The position numbers were made by a program, and so were the translations under genes. From Promethearchaeota archaeon (GTDB taxonomy: Archaea > Asgardarchaeota > Lokiarchaeia > Sigyniarchaeales > SOKP01): a stretch of 59,390 nt of DNA. The notes below the pieces were generated by a model. The model worked only from the letters and a program-made list of their open reading frames with translations, searched no databases and had not been told where the DNA came from. The stretch spans positions 1 to 59,390 of the forward strand of contig RDOE01000012.1 of the NCBI GenBank assembly GCA_011364975.1, in the 5' to 3' direction. Of the stretch, positions 9,879-19,736 are shown in pieces (within the stretch, counting starts at the first letter, position 1; every line of letters begins with the position of its first letter).

Positions 9879-10667
9879 ATGGCTAAAATTGTATTCTTCC
9901 AACCTCACCCCGATGATTTAGAGTTTAATTGTGGACATTTAATTCACTTTCTTTCCACAAAAAGCGTAAAGAATCATATCATAAAAATAGCTTCAATTAC
10001 TAAAGGAGAATTTGGACTTCCTGGTTTTAAATATGATAAATTTAAAGGTGACTTTTTAGCAAAAATAAGAACTAAAGAATTATTTTCAGCCCTTTCCATT
10101 CATGGAATATCTCCAAAGGATGTTCACTTTTTCGGTTATTTTGATGGCTTTGTGAAATTTAATCAAGAATTAATAAATAGTATTACTCAATACCTAAATG
10201 AAGAAAAACCTGATATAATTTTTGCTCCCGAAGCTTTGTATTCATGGTACCAGCATAAAGATCATGTAAATACAGGTAAAGCAATATATTACATTATTAA
10301 AAACGAATTAATTGACTTTAAACCGAAATTATACTTTTATGGAACTCTATTTCCTAATTTTAGATTTGGATTTAAATCTGAAGATTTTAAGTTAATAGAT
10401 GATTTACTTTTATGCCATAAAACCCAATTTTGGTTATTAAATAGATTAAAATTAACGTATAAGTTTACAGTTAGAAGAGCCGCTTTAAAATTAAGTGGAT
10501 GGAAATATGCTGAAAAATATCGCAGATTATATTTCTTAAATAAAAATCAAGACAAAAACAACCCTCCCTTTCTAGTTAAACTGTTAACTCATTGGTATAG
10601 TAGCATGCCTTGGTTTAAAGCTCAATATCCAAGAGAACTCTTAAAAAAAATCAATGAGGATATTTAA
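9879..10667 (+). CDS. PIG-L/LmbE family deacetylase
   Basis: PHPDD and HKDH metal motifs, TKGE, final CHKTQ. Confidence 0.88.
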   Translation: MAKIVFFQPHPDDLEFNCGHLIHFLSTKSVKNHIIKIASITKGEFGLPGFKYDKFKGDFLAKIRTKELFSALSIHGISPKDVHFFGYFDGFVKFNQELINSITQYLNEEKPDIIFAPEALYSWYQHKDHVNTGKAIYYIIKNELIDFKPKLYFYGTLFPNFRFGFKSEDFKLIDDLLLCHKTQFWLLNRLKLTYKFTVRRAALKLSGWKYAEKYRRLYFLNKNQDKNNPPFLVKLLTHWYSSMPWFKAQYPRELLKKINEDI

Positions 10668-10720
10668 TTTTATAAAGTAAGAAATCAAATTATAATTAAA
10701 AAAAATAATTAGTGTTAAAA

Positions 10721-11059
10721 ATGGCATCAAAAGAAGAAATTGATAAAGCATTAAATAAATGGGTAAATATGTTAGAAGATCCAAAGGTAGCAGAGGAATT
10801 TGAAGATTATAATAAGACTTTACAATTTGTATTTTCTGATATTGATTATAAGCTTAAAATGATCTTCAAGGATCAGAAAGCAAGGTTAGAGGATGGTTTT
10901 GATGAAAATGCTGAGATGACGTTAGAAATAGAATCAGATAATTTTGTTGGTATTGCGAATGGAAGTGTTGATCCTATGGAGCTATTTATGGAAGGCTCAA
11001 TAATTATTAAAGGGGATATGAATGCAATTCAAAGATTAGAAATATTTATGGACCTTTAA
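10721..11059 (+). CDS. SCP2 (sterol carrier protein 2-like) lipid-binding protein
   Basis: FVGIANGSVDPMELFMEGSIIIKGDM is the SCP2 C-terminal signature. Confidence 0.88.
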   Translation: MASKEEIDKALNKWVNMLEDPKVAEEFEDYNKTLQFVFSDIDYKLKMIFKDQKARLEDGFDENAEMTLEIESDNFVGIANGSVDPMELFMEGSIIIKGDMNAIQRLEIFMDL

Positions 11060-11113
11060 GATTTTTTTGTAAATTCTTTAAAGTTATTAACGATCATAAA
11101 GCAAGGTAATAAA

Positions 11114-12250
11114 ATGGAAGATTTTGTTAAATTTGGGATAATAGGAGTGGGCGCAGTATGGAGATATCATAAAATCGGCACCAAAAATAACTCAAAAATA
11201 AAATTCGTGTCTGCTTATGATATTGATGAAAGTAAATTACGCAATGCTGAAAAATACTCGCAATTAAAAACATATACTACTTTAGATGAGTTTTTTAAAA
11301 GTGATATCGAAGCAGTACTTATTTTAGTACCCCATTATTTACATAAAGATATGGTAATTGCATCTGCTGAAGCTGGAAAGCATATTTTATGTGAAAAACC
11401 AATGGCTCCTAGTTTAGAGGAATGTGATGAGATGATTAAAGCAACAAAGAAAGCTGGAGTTAAATTTATGATTGCTGAAAATCATAGATTTCTTCCCGCT
11501 CATCAACTTATTAAACAAATGCTTGAGAAAGGATTCATTGGAGATGTCATGCTTGGAAGAACATATGAGGGTGCGTATTGTGCGCCTAACGAATTCTTAG
11601 ATCCTGATTGGTGGCATTTCTGTTATGATAAAGGAGGTGGTGGAGTTGTGGCAGATCAAGGTGTGCATAAATTTACTATGTTAAATTGGTTCCTTGGTGA
11701 AGTAGATTCTGCACAATGTTGGTTAGGAAAAACAATGAATTCACCTCCTAATAAAGGAGAAGATACAGCAATAATCTTATTACATTATAAATGTGGTGCT
11801 ATGATAACAGTTGATCTTTCTTCCACTACAGTACATCCCCTTACTAACAGAACTGAACTCCATGGAACTAAGGGTACAATTCTTGAAGATCATTCCTGGA
11901 CAGACCCTATAAAAGTATTTTCGACTCATCCAGAAGCTGAAATAAAAGGAGAGTTCTACAGCCCAAAAGTTGAGCATGGATCATATCCTGCTTATTATAA
12001 AATATCAATGGGTAAAGAAGATGATTATTTTGCTAGCTGTATCTTAGAAGATAAAATGCCAGAATTTACTCCAGAACAAGCAAGAGAAGGAGTAGCTGTT
12101 GTACTTCTATCATATTTATCCGCAAAAAAAGGATCTATGGCAAATATGGAAGAATTAGTGAAAGTATATAAAACTAGCGGGACTAAGTCTATTTTAGATG
12201 GATTAGAAGGAATAGTTCAAAAAAATTATAAATTTTTGAATTGGAATTGA
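11114..12250 (+). CDS. Gfo/Idh/MocA family oxidoreductase
   Basis: GIIGVG, AGKHILCEKPMA and GGGVVADQGVH motifs. Confidence 0.92.
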   Translation: MEDFVKFGIIGVGAVWRYHKIGTKNNSKIKFVSAYDIDESKLRNAEKYSQLKTYTTLDEFFKSDIEAVLILVPHYLHKDMVIASAEAGKHILCEKPMAPSLEECDEMIKATKKAGVKFMIAENHRFLPAHQLIKQMLEKGFIGDVMLGRTYEGAYCAPNEFLDPDWWHFCYDKGGGGVVADQGVHKFTMLNWFLGEVDSAQCWLGKTMNSPPNKGEDTAIILLHYKCGAMITVDLSSTTVHPLTNRTELHGTKGTILEDHSWTDPIKVFSTHPEAEIKGEFYSPKVEHGSYPAYYKISMGKEDDYFASCILEDKMPEFTPEQAREGVAVVLLSYLSAKKGSMANMEELVKVYKTSGTKSILDGLEGIVQKNYKFLNWN

Positions 12251-12292
12251 ATCGCAAAAGCTTCATTTTTCTTTTCTTTTATTTGATTTTCT

Positions 12293-14218
12293 TTAATCTT
12301 TTCTAGTAATCTTAATTTGATGTTTTCCACTCTTATCAGTTCGTATAAAGATAATCTGTTCATAATGATTTTCATCATAATTTCCCTCAGATAGATTTAT
12401 TTCAAATCCATGTGGATATTGAATTTTTGGAAGATATAGAATTGTTGGGGCCCCAATGGATTTGTCCGCTTCGAATTCAAAAATGAATTCCCCTCCCTTT
12501 CTTTTAAATTCCATCTTTAAAGGCGTTCCAGCACAAGCTATTAAATGAGGCCTACAAAACCCTTCAATCGCTCGTCCTCCACTATTAATATCTTCTGGAT
12601 TGAGCCGTTGATCTGCGCTAAAAATAGAAAGATCTTCTAAATTCCATTGATCGCCCCATTGATTGGTATTGTCCGCAGTATAATTCCATTGTGTTGCATG
12701 CAGTAAGTTAGCATCTAACGCATTATAATACATTGATAATGCTTTAATATGACTTTTCCAAGCGATTTCTGGTTCGGTTTTAAACTTATGATATGCTTCT
12801 TTATTATTAAGATTATATGGGAGCCCAAATTCTCCAATTAAGGTTGGGATTCCGTTTTGAATTGTCTTAGAGAATTCTTTTATAATGCTTAATTGTTTAA
12901 TGAATAGATTTTGAACATTGTTTTTTCCAATAACGGGTTTATTTGAAATGGTATCAAAATTGGCTTTTAACATCGGTTTTTGGGTTCCCAACGTTGCAAC
13001 ATCATACCAATGACCAGCATTTACAATATTTGATGGAAAATCTAATTCAAAACTCTCCCCCTTCATCAATTTTTCGGCGGGACCTTCAAAAAACATAATG
13101 GTATCTGGAATAACACTCCTAATGATTTTAGTATAATTATTTATGAAAGGAGAAAGAAAATCTTGATGAAAAATAACGTTTTTACCATTTATTTGAGTAA
13201 AGTGATCATTATTCAATATAACAGGTTCATTTTCCTCATTTAAATCCCATACTCCTTCCTTTTTCCAGATATCTTCATAACCGTCAAGCCAACAAGATAC
13301 CTTGTTTTTATTGATAATATCTTTACGCGTTTCTCTTATCCCAAATCTTTTTATTTCTCGATATCCAACGGTTCGTGGATATCCAGACCCTGTTAACATA
13401 GCGTCAATAGGAGTAAAGGCATATCCTAATACTTCTGAAAAACCTTCTATGTTGCTTCCATCTACTTTTAATTCTATCCATCCTTGATTTGGTTCATTTA
13501 ATGTATCAAATCCAATTATATAAGGATTATCCTTGATTCTTAAAGCCACTTGCTTAATTGCATTCAGATAATGATCTTGAAGGTAATCTTGAGTAGGAAT
13601 TCCATCTATTTTAGAAGATGGCGCAAACTTTTTAGATCCAAAAAATAAGGTCCACATTGTCCCGTTAGCAAACTTTAATGAATTTCCAACCCAATGCATT
13701 GGAGGATAAGAATTAGGATCAAGAGGGTCAAATCGATATTGCATTACCAATGCAGCTTCTGATAGATTAAACTTGGAATAATCAAGACCTACTTTTTCAA
13801 ATGTCCATCCAGGAGCACCATCTCCGCCAGTCATTCTGCTCCATACATCTTGATGAGGATCGATGAAGGCGTAAAGTTTAAATTCACCTGCAATTTTAAG
13901 GATTTCTTCAATGTAATCTAAAAATTCTTTATCATACTTTCCTGGTCCGGAATGTTCTATTGCTTCCCAAGTAATTAAAAATCGCAAACAATTAAATCCC
14001 CAGTGTTTGATTCTTTTAAAATGAAGTTCTGCTTCCTTGATAGGAAATGGACGCCCTATAAAGGAAACAACTCTATGATCTGTAAAATTAGTTTTGATAT
14101 GGGTTGCACCATTAGGTTTAAATGGTACTTTTGAGTTTCCTCCAAGGTTTACTCCTCTTAATAATACTTTTCGTCCGTATTCATCAACAAACCATTCATT
14201 CTTGACTTTTAACAACAT
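12293..14218 (-). CDS. GH5 glycoside hydrolase resembling endoglycoceramidase-related / steryl-beta-glucosidase enzymes (GH5_12-like), with C-terminal beta-sandwich
   Basis: GVNLGGNSKVP, SFIGRPFP, TWEAIEHSGPGKYD and DPHQDVWSR..GGDGAPGWT; acid/base NEP, nucleophile IGEFG, QWNYTADN. Confidence 0.85.
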   Translation of the reverse strand: MLLKVKNEWFVDEYGRKVLLRGVNLGGNSKVPFKPNGATHIKTNFTDHRVVSFIGRPFPIKEAELHFKRIKHWGFNCLRFLITWEAIEHSGPGKYDKEFLDYIEEILKIAGEFKLYAFIDPHQDVWSRMTGGDGAPGWTFEKVGLDYSKFNLSEAALVMQYRFDPLDPNSYPPMHWVGNSLKFANGTMWTLFFGSKKFAPSSKIDGIPTQDYLQDHYLNAIKQVALRIKDNPYIIGFDTLNEPNQGWIELKVDGSNIEGFSEVLGYAFTPIDAMLTGSGYPRTVGYREIKRFGIRETRKDIINKNKVSCWLDGYEDIWKKEGVWDLNEENEPVILNNDHFTQINGKNVIFHQDFLSPFINNYTKIIRSVIPDTIMFFEGPAEKLMKGESFELDFPSNIVNAGHWYDVATLGTQKPMLKANFDTISNKPVIGKNNVQNLFIKQLSIIKEFSKTIQNGIPTLIGEFGLPYNLNNKEAYHKFKTEPEIAWKSHIKALSMYYNALDANLLHATQWNYTADNTNQWGDQWNLEDLSIFSADQRLNPEDINSGGRAIEGFCRPHLIACAGTPLKMEFKRKGGEFIFEFEADKSIGAPTILYLPKIQYPHGFEINLSEGNYDENHYEQIIFIRTDKSGKHQIKITRKD

Positions 14219-14307
14219 TTTATTAAAGTGAAAGATTGTTATAAATAAGATAATTTAGATTCTTTGTTAAGACTTATAAATTATTGTAATAGAATTAGGA
14301 GATACTA

Positions 14308-15378
14308 ATGGAACTGGGATATAATTCTTTATCAAAATTGATGAAGATAAATAAGCATGTAAAGAGGAGAAGAATTTCCAGTTATGATATAACTGGGGGA
14401 AATATGGATAATATTCAGTTAAAACCAAATGAAATTTATCAACTATGCAATATTCAAGGAGCAGGGATAATAAAACATATATGGATGACAATTGCATCGT
14501 CTGATCCGAATTATCTTAGAAAATTAGTTCTTCGAATATGGTGGGATAACGAAGAAAATCCTTCAGTAGAAGTTCCTATAGGCGATTTTTTCGGGATTGG
14601 TCATGGCAAGACTATTAATTTCTGGAGTTTACCTTTTTCTAATGGGCCTAATGACGGTAAAGGTTTTAATTGTTTTTTTCCGATGCCTTTTTCAAAAAAT
14701 GCAAAGATTCAAGTACAAAACGATTCAGATACATTAACTGTATTATATTTTTATATTGATTATGAAGAACATATAAGTATTCCTCAAGAGTTTGGCAGAT
14801 TTCATGCAATTTGGAATCGACAAAATCGCTGTAAAGGAAAAGCCTATGGAACAGGAAAAAAAGTGGAACATTTCATCAAAAAAAATAAAACCCATGATGA
14901 AGATTATGTTATTCTCGAAGCAACAGGTGAAGGCCATTATGTAGGCTGCCATCTAGATATTCATAATCTTATGACTCCTGATAATACTTCAAAGATGGAT
15001 TTATGGTGGCCAGGTGAGGGTGATGACTATATAGAGATTGACGATGGTGAGAGTATATTATATGGCACAGGCACTGAAGATTACTTTTGTATGGCTTGGT
15101 GTCCAAATCAATTTTATTGTTCTCCTTACTTTGGGGTTATACTCCCTGGTGGAAAAAATTGGAGTGGAAAAATCTCATATTATCGCTATCATATAGAAGA
15201 TCCTATATATTTTCATAAAAATATAAAAGTGAAAATAGAACATGGACATGCAAATCAGAGATCGGATGATTATTCTTCAACTGCTTATTGGTATCAGTTA
15301 GAACCACATAAAAAGTACCCAGAATTACTCTCTGTAGCTGAAAGAATACCACGTGAAGAACCTAAAGAAATAAGTTAA
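14308..15378 (+). CDS. DUF2961 / GH172 family glycoside hydrolase
   Basis: GAGIIKHIWMT, PSVEVPIGDFFG, WWPGEGDD, GTGTEDYF and YRYHIEDPI motifs. Confidence 0.9.
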   Translation: MELGYNSLSKLMKINKHVKRRRISSYDITGGNMDNIQLKPNEIYQLCNIQGAGIIKHIWMTIASSDPNYLRKLVLRIWWDNEENPSVEVPIGDFFGIGHGKTINFWSLPFSNGPNDGKGFNCFFPMPFSKNAKIQVQNDSDTLTVLYFYIDYEEHISIPQEFGRFHAIWNRQNRCKGKAYGTGKKVEHFIKKNKTHDEDYVILEATGEGHYVGCHLDIHNLMTPDNTSKMDLWWPGEGDDYIEIDDGESILYGTGTEDYFCMAWCPNQFYCSPYFGVILPGGKNWSGKISYYRYHIEDPIYFHKNIKVKIEHGHANQRSDDYSSTAYWYQLEPHKKYPELLSVAERIPREEPKEIS

Positions 15379-15413
15379 AACTTATCATAATAATAAGTTT
15401 CAAAATGATTTAG

Positions 15414-16574
15414 ATGGTATTAAATAAAAGACAACGAGTTTTCAAAGCTCTTGAGTTAGATGGAGAACCTGATATGGTTCCAATAAATGTATTTGGTTTT
15501 GAACAAACTGGGACTTCATTCCAAGCGTATAAAAACTCAAATGAACATGAAAAAAATAAGACTTGGGTACAACCAAAATCATCCAAAGTCAAGTATTTTG
15601 TTACAGAACAACGATTTTGGAATGTTGACATTTTTGCTATGGACCCATTTGGGTATAATAAAGTGAAGTTTAGAACTAAGAAAGCCCCTCCTGAATATCC
15701 CGACTGTTATATCGACACTTTAGATGGAAGAATTTATAAAATTGTGGAACAAGTGAATACTGGATTATCATACAGATGGTATATTGGAGGTTATTACACA
15801 AGTCCTGAAATTTTGCATTCTTTTTGGGACAGATATGGAAAACCCTCGGAATTATTAAATGATAAAATTAATTATTCACCACAAATCTGGCAAGATTTTG
15901 TCGAAGCAGTCTCACCCTACTTTTATCCTATGGTCAGCATGCCTATTAATCCTACGGAATCATTATTCAATGGGCTTTCTCTTCTTCGCTTAGCATATTA
16001 CATGCGAAAAGATCGATCTTTCATTCATGAAGTTATGGGAGAATATGCAAAGACTAATATTGAAATTATTAAAAGACTTGCTGAATCTGGTGTAGACATT
16101 GTATTCTTTGGAGATGATTTTGGATATAAAGGAAACCCGATTTTTTCTCTAAAAGATTTTCGAGAATTAATCCTCCCCTACCACAAAATGATGTATGACG
16201 TATGTAAGAAAAATGGAATGTTAATAGTTCTTCATTCATGTGGTAAGATAGATCAATTTTTACCTGATTTAATCGATGTTGGACTTAATTGTATTCAATC
16301 TTTAGAAGTTACGGCAGGAGTTGATTTGGTGGGTTTAAAGGAGAGCTTAGGTGATCGTTTATGCTTTATGGGAGGTTTAGATTCTTCGGGAGTTTTGACA
16401 TTTGGATCGCCCCAAAATGTTGAAGCTGATGTGAAGAGGTGTCTAAAAGCGGCAGGTTATGGTGGGGGTTATATCATCGGACCCAGTCATGATATTTTAA
16501 ATATGCCTTGGGAAAATATACTAGCAATGAGAGCGGCTATAGAAAAATACAGAAAATATCCATTGAAATTCTGA
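15414..16574 (+). CDS. Uroporphyrinogen decarboxylase / MtaA-CmuA-like family protein
   Basis: RQRVFKAL..PDMVP, GDDFG, LHSCG, FMGGLD and GGGYIIGPSH motifs. Confidence 0.85.
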   Translation: MVLNKRQRVFKALELDGEPDMVPINVFGFEQTGTSFQAYKNSNEHEKNKTWVQPKSSKVKYFVTEQRFWNVDIFAMDPFGYNKVKFRTKKAPPEYPDCYIDTLDGRIYKIVEQVNTGLSYRWYIGGYYTSPEILHSFWDRYGKPSELLNDKINYSPQIWQDFVEAVSPYFYPMVSMPINPTESLFNGLSLLRLAYYMRKDRSFIHEVMGEYAKTNIEIIKRLAESGVDIVFFGDDFGYKGNPIFSLKDFRELILPYHKMMYDVCKKNGMLIVLHSCGKIDQFLPDLIDVGLNCIQSLEVTAGVDLVGLKESLGDRLCFMGGLDSSGVLTFGSPQNVEADVKRCLKAAGYGGGYIIGPSHDILNMPWENILAMRAAIEKYRKYPLKF

Positions 16575-16615
16575 AATGTTGTAAATAATAAAAATAAAAT
16601 AATAGAATTGAGAAT

Positions 16616-17992
16616 TTATTGAAATTCTTTTTCTTTTAATTCAAGCTTATCCAATCGTTCTTGGTGAAGGTTTTTGAGTATTTCTTGCTGTTCTGTGAAC
16701 TTCCTATAATTAAGAGGGAATAGGCTGAAAACATATAAAGCAAGTGCGCCTCCAATTACTGGAACTAAGGACACTAGGGCTCTGAGTCCTATTTCTGCCG
16801 AGGGCGGTTGAATTGTGGCCTCGGGGTCGAATCCAGTTAAAAATTGCACTATTATAAGTGTTAAACCAGATAAGACCATGGATAACCTTGCAACAAATGT
16901 TAATACCCCCATAAATGTAGCTTCTCGACGTTTATTTGTCTTTAGTTCATCAGAATCGATTGCTGCGCTAATAGAAGGCTCTGTCATTATCATACCACCA
17001 GATCCAAAACCAGGTAATAAAGTGAGAACTACTAACAGTATAAAATCATTAACAAGAAACAAAGGCCAAATACCTATAACAAAAATTCCTATAGCAAGCA
17101 TTAATCCATACTTTGGACCTTTCTTCGCATAAATCCAGCGCCAAAACGGGATACTGGTGATAGTTCCTAAAGCAACTCCAATTGCTGCAAACCCAACCAT
17201 GCTCTCGTCCATCTTGAGGATAAAAAAAGCATATAAAGGCAATACTGTTAATGTTAGTCCCGAAAGAAAGTCAATTAATGTATAAGTTAATGTAATGATT
17301 AAAAAGGGTTTGTTTGTGAATGTTTCTTTAAAAGCAGCAAATATGGGTAGTGGTTCATCGATTTGAAATTCTTTTCTTTCTCTTGTTCCTAAAAGTGATA
17401 AATACATGGTAATTGGTATTAACGAACCAAATATAATTCCCACTAAAGGCCAACCAATTGAATCTGCTAAGAGAGGGGGTATCAATATTCCTATCATTCC
17501 CGAGAAGAATGCAAGAAAATCTTTTAAAGCTACTACGGAAGCTCGTTCTTTCTCGGTTTCATACATCTCAGTATAAAGAGCAGACCAAGCAGTCATCGTT
17601 AAAGTAAAGCCAAAATCGAACAAAAAAAGCATAATAAACCCATGTAAAAATATCCCTATTTGGTCATTCCAAGGAACCCACCATAAAAATATAAATCCGA
17701 TCGTAAAAGGAACCGTACCAATAACAATATAAGGAATTCTTCTACCCCATTTTTTCCATTTCCATTTATCCATATAATATCCTATTAGTGGATCATTAAC
17801 AGCATTCCATATACCGTATAAGAGTAGTAATAATCCCGCCGATCCTAAATCCAATCCTTCCTTTAGAGTATAAAAGAATATTAAAAATGACTGAATCATG
17901 CTATAATGTAAAGAAGATGGAATTGCGGCTAGTGAATACAAAAAATGGCCACTAAAAGAATGAATCCTATCGTTTTCTCTCAAAAAGATCAC
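16616..17992 (-). CDS. MFS transporter, GPH/MelB (MFS_2) family
   Basis: WNAVNDPLIGYYMD..WGRRIPY and DELKTNKRREATF motifs. Confidence 0.88.
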   Translation of the reverse strand: MIFLRENDRIHSFSGHFLYSLAAIPSSLHYSMIQSFLIFFYTLKEGLDLGSAGLLLLLYGIWNAVNDPLIGYYMDKWKWKKWGRRIPYIVIGTVPFTIGFIFLWWVPWNDQIGIFLHGFIMLFLFDFGFTLTMTAWSALYTEMYETEKERASVVALKDFLAFFSGMIGILIPPLLADSIGWPLVGIIFGSLIPITMYLSLLGTRERKEFQIDEPLPIFAAFKETFTNKPFLIITLTYTLIDFLSGLTLTVLPLYAFFILKMDESMVGFAAIGVALGTITSIPFWRWIYAKKGPKYGLMLAIGIFVIGIWPLFLVNDFILLVVLTLLPGFGSGGMIMTEPSISAAIDSDELKTNKRREATFMGVLTFVARLSMVLSGLTLIIVQFLTGFDPEATIQPPSAEIGLRALVSLVPVIGGALALYVFSLFPLNYRKFTEQQEILKNLHQERLDKLELKEKEFQ

Positions 17993-18098
17993 TTTTTTAA
18001 GTTTATATAAAATTTTTAATAAGAAGATTTTTGATGAGGTTATATTTTAATATATCCTTTCTGATAACTCATTTTGTTCATTTCAAAAAATAAATCCT

Positions 18099-19526
18099 TT
18101 AAACGAGCCTTTCTCGTTTCCAATCAGAATTATCACTAGTCTGTAAATACCAACGCAATAATCTCTCTTTCAAATCTGTTATGGTTGTGAGATAATCTTT
18201 ATCATCAATTAAATTTAAAATTTCATCTGGATCATTTTGTAGGTTATAAAATTCTTCCCTCCCCTTGCTTCGAATAATTAATTTCCACTTATTTGTTCTA
18301 ATCATAACTGAACGCGCCACAGTTGTTCGATCTTCTTTAGGTATGTTAGTTTTATCAAAATAGATCCCAATATATGGTGTTTGAGGGCTGTTTATAACCG
18401 GTTCAAAACATTGAGGTTCTCTAGGATCATAACCCCCCTCAGCAAAAACAGCATTTCGAAGAAAATCTACTTCCGCTTTTAATAAAGGAAATAATGATTT
18501 ACCAAAATGCGTATATTTGGTTTTAACTTGGGCAATATCTAAAATTGTAGGAAAAAGATCTACATTTTCTATTAATTCATGAAAAATTTTATCCTTGATA
18601 TTTACATTTGGTATTTTCATGATTAATGGAATATTTATTAGACAGTCTTGGAATGCATTTGGCCACTTTTCCGTTAAACCATAATCTCCTACATAATCAC
18701 CATGGTCAGCAAAAAATAAGATAGCTGTATTCTCATATTCTCCTACCTTTTTTAAATTATTAACAACTTGGCCATATTGGTGGTCAACCTTAGTAATCAT
18801 ACCATAATAGGTCGCTATTATCTCTTTAAAATCTTCTTTCTTCAACTTATTTAATCCATAATGCTCATAAATTAAGTTCATAAATTTTGGTTTATCTTCT
18901 AGTCTCGGAGGTATTGGATCAGGTATATTTGCTCGATTATACATCGAGAAATATGGTTCTTCAACAGTATATGGCGGATGGGGGAAACTGAGAGCAATGA
19001 TTAAACAAAATGGTTTTTGAACTTCAGAATTTATGTATCTAATCGCTTCTTGAATAACATAATAATCCAAATCTTTTGCTTCCTCTACTGTTCTTTCTCC
19101 AAAATAAAAACTTTTTCTCAAATAATGATCTTCAGTGTAAGGATTTTCCTTTAGCTTTGATGTAAATTTGAGAGGAATTCTATTTGTGACACTAACTTTA
19201 AAAGCTTCTTTTGAAAACGTATCATTTCTTCCAAAATAAACAACATTATACCCCCTTTTCTTCAATAACCTTAGTAAATTCTCTTCATGGGGCTGAATTA
19301 AATAATATAAACTTCTATGACCACTTGAATGGATATATTGTCCCGTGAATGTTGCAATCCTGGAAGGAACACATACTGGGTTAACAGTAAAACAATTAGT
19401 AAATGCGAAACCATCCTTTGCTAAAGAGTCAAGATTTGGGGTTTTAATTAAGGGATTTCTTCTTCCATTTAATGAGATACAATCTCCACGCATCTCATCT
19501 GCTATAAAAATTACAATATTTGGCAA
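18099..19526 (-). CDS. Formylglycine-dependent sulfatase (choline-sulfatase-like)
   Basis: PNIVIFIADE, CVPSR (CxPxR), PHPPY and ADHGD; the true start may be ATT 19547 or ATA 19544. Confidence 0.92.
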   Translation of the reverse strand: MPNIVIFIADEMRGDCISLNGRRNPLIKTPNLDSLAKDGFAFTNCFTVNPVCVPSRIATFTGQYIHSSGHRSLYYLIQPHEENLLRLLKKRGYNVVYFGRNDTFSKEAFKVSVTNRIPLKFTSKLKENPYTEDHYLRKSFYFGERTVEEAKDLDYYVIQEAIRYINSEVQKPFCLIIALSFPHPPYTVEEPYFSMYNRANIPDPIPPRLEDKPKFMNLIYEHYGLNKLKKEDFKEIIATYYGMITKVDHQYGQVVNNLKKVGEYENTAILFFADHGDYVGDYGLTEKWPNAFQDCLINIPLIMKIPNVNIKDKIFHELIENVDLFPTILDIAQVKTKYTHFGKSLFPLLKAEVDFLRNAVFAEGGYDPREPQCFEPVINSPQTPYIGIYFDKTNIPKEDRTTVARSVMIRTNKWKLIIRSKGREEFYNLQNDPDEILNLIDDKDYLTTITDLKERLLRWYLQTSDNSDWKRERLV

Positions 19527-19736
19527 AAGATTCGAGTTTTCTATAATTTAACCACCTATCTCTTATTTTGCAATGATAATAATATGATATTAATCCTTTT
19601 TATGAAATTTGCATGCTGGGTCATGTCTACCAACAAACAAAGATAAAACTTATAATCTTACTTTTTAAAATAATAAATTATTATTAGCAATAAATTATTC
19701 TTACCTTTAAATTAAGTATACTAATTACTATAAAAA

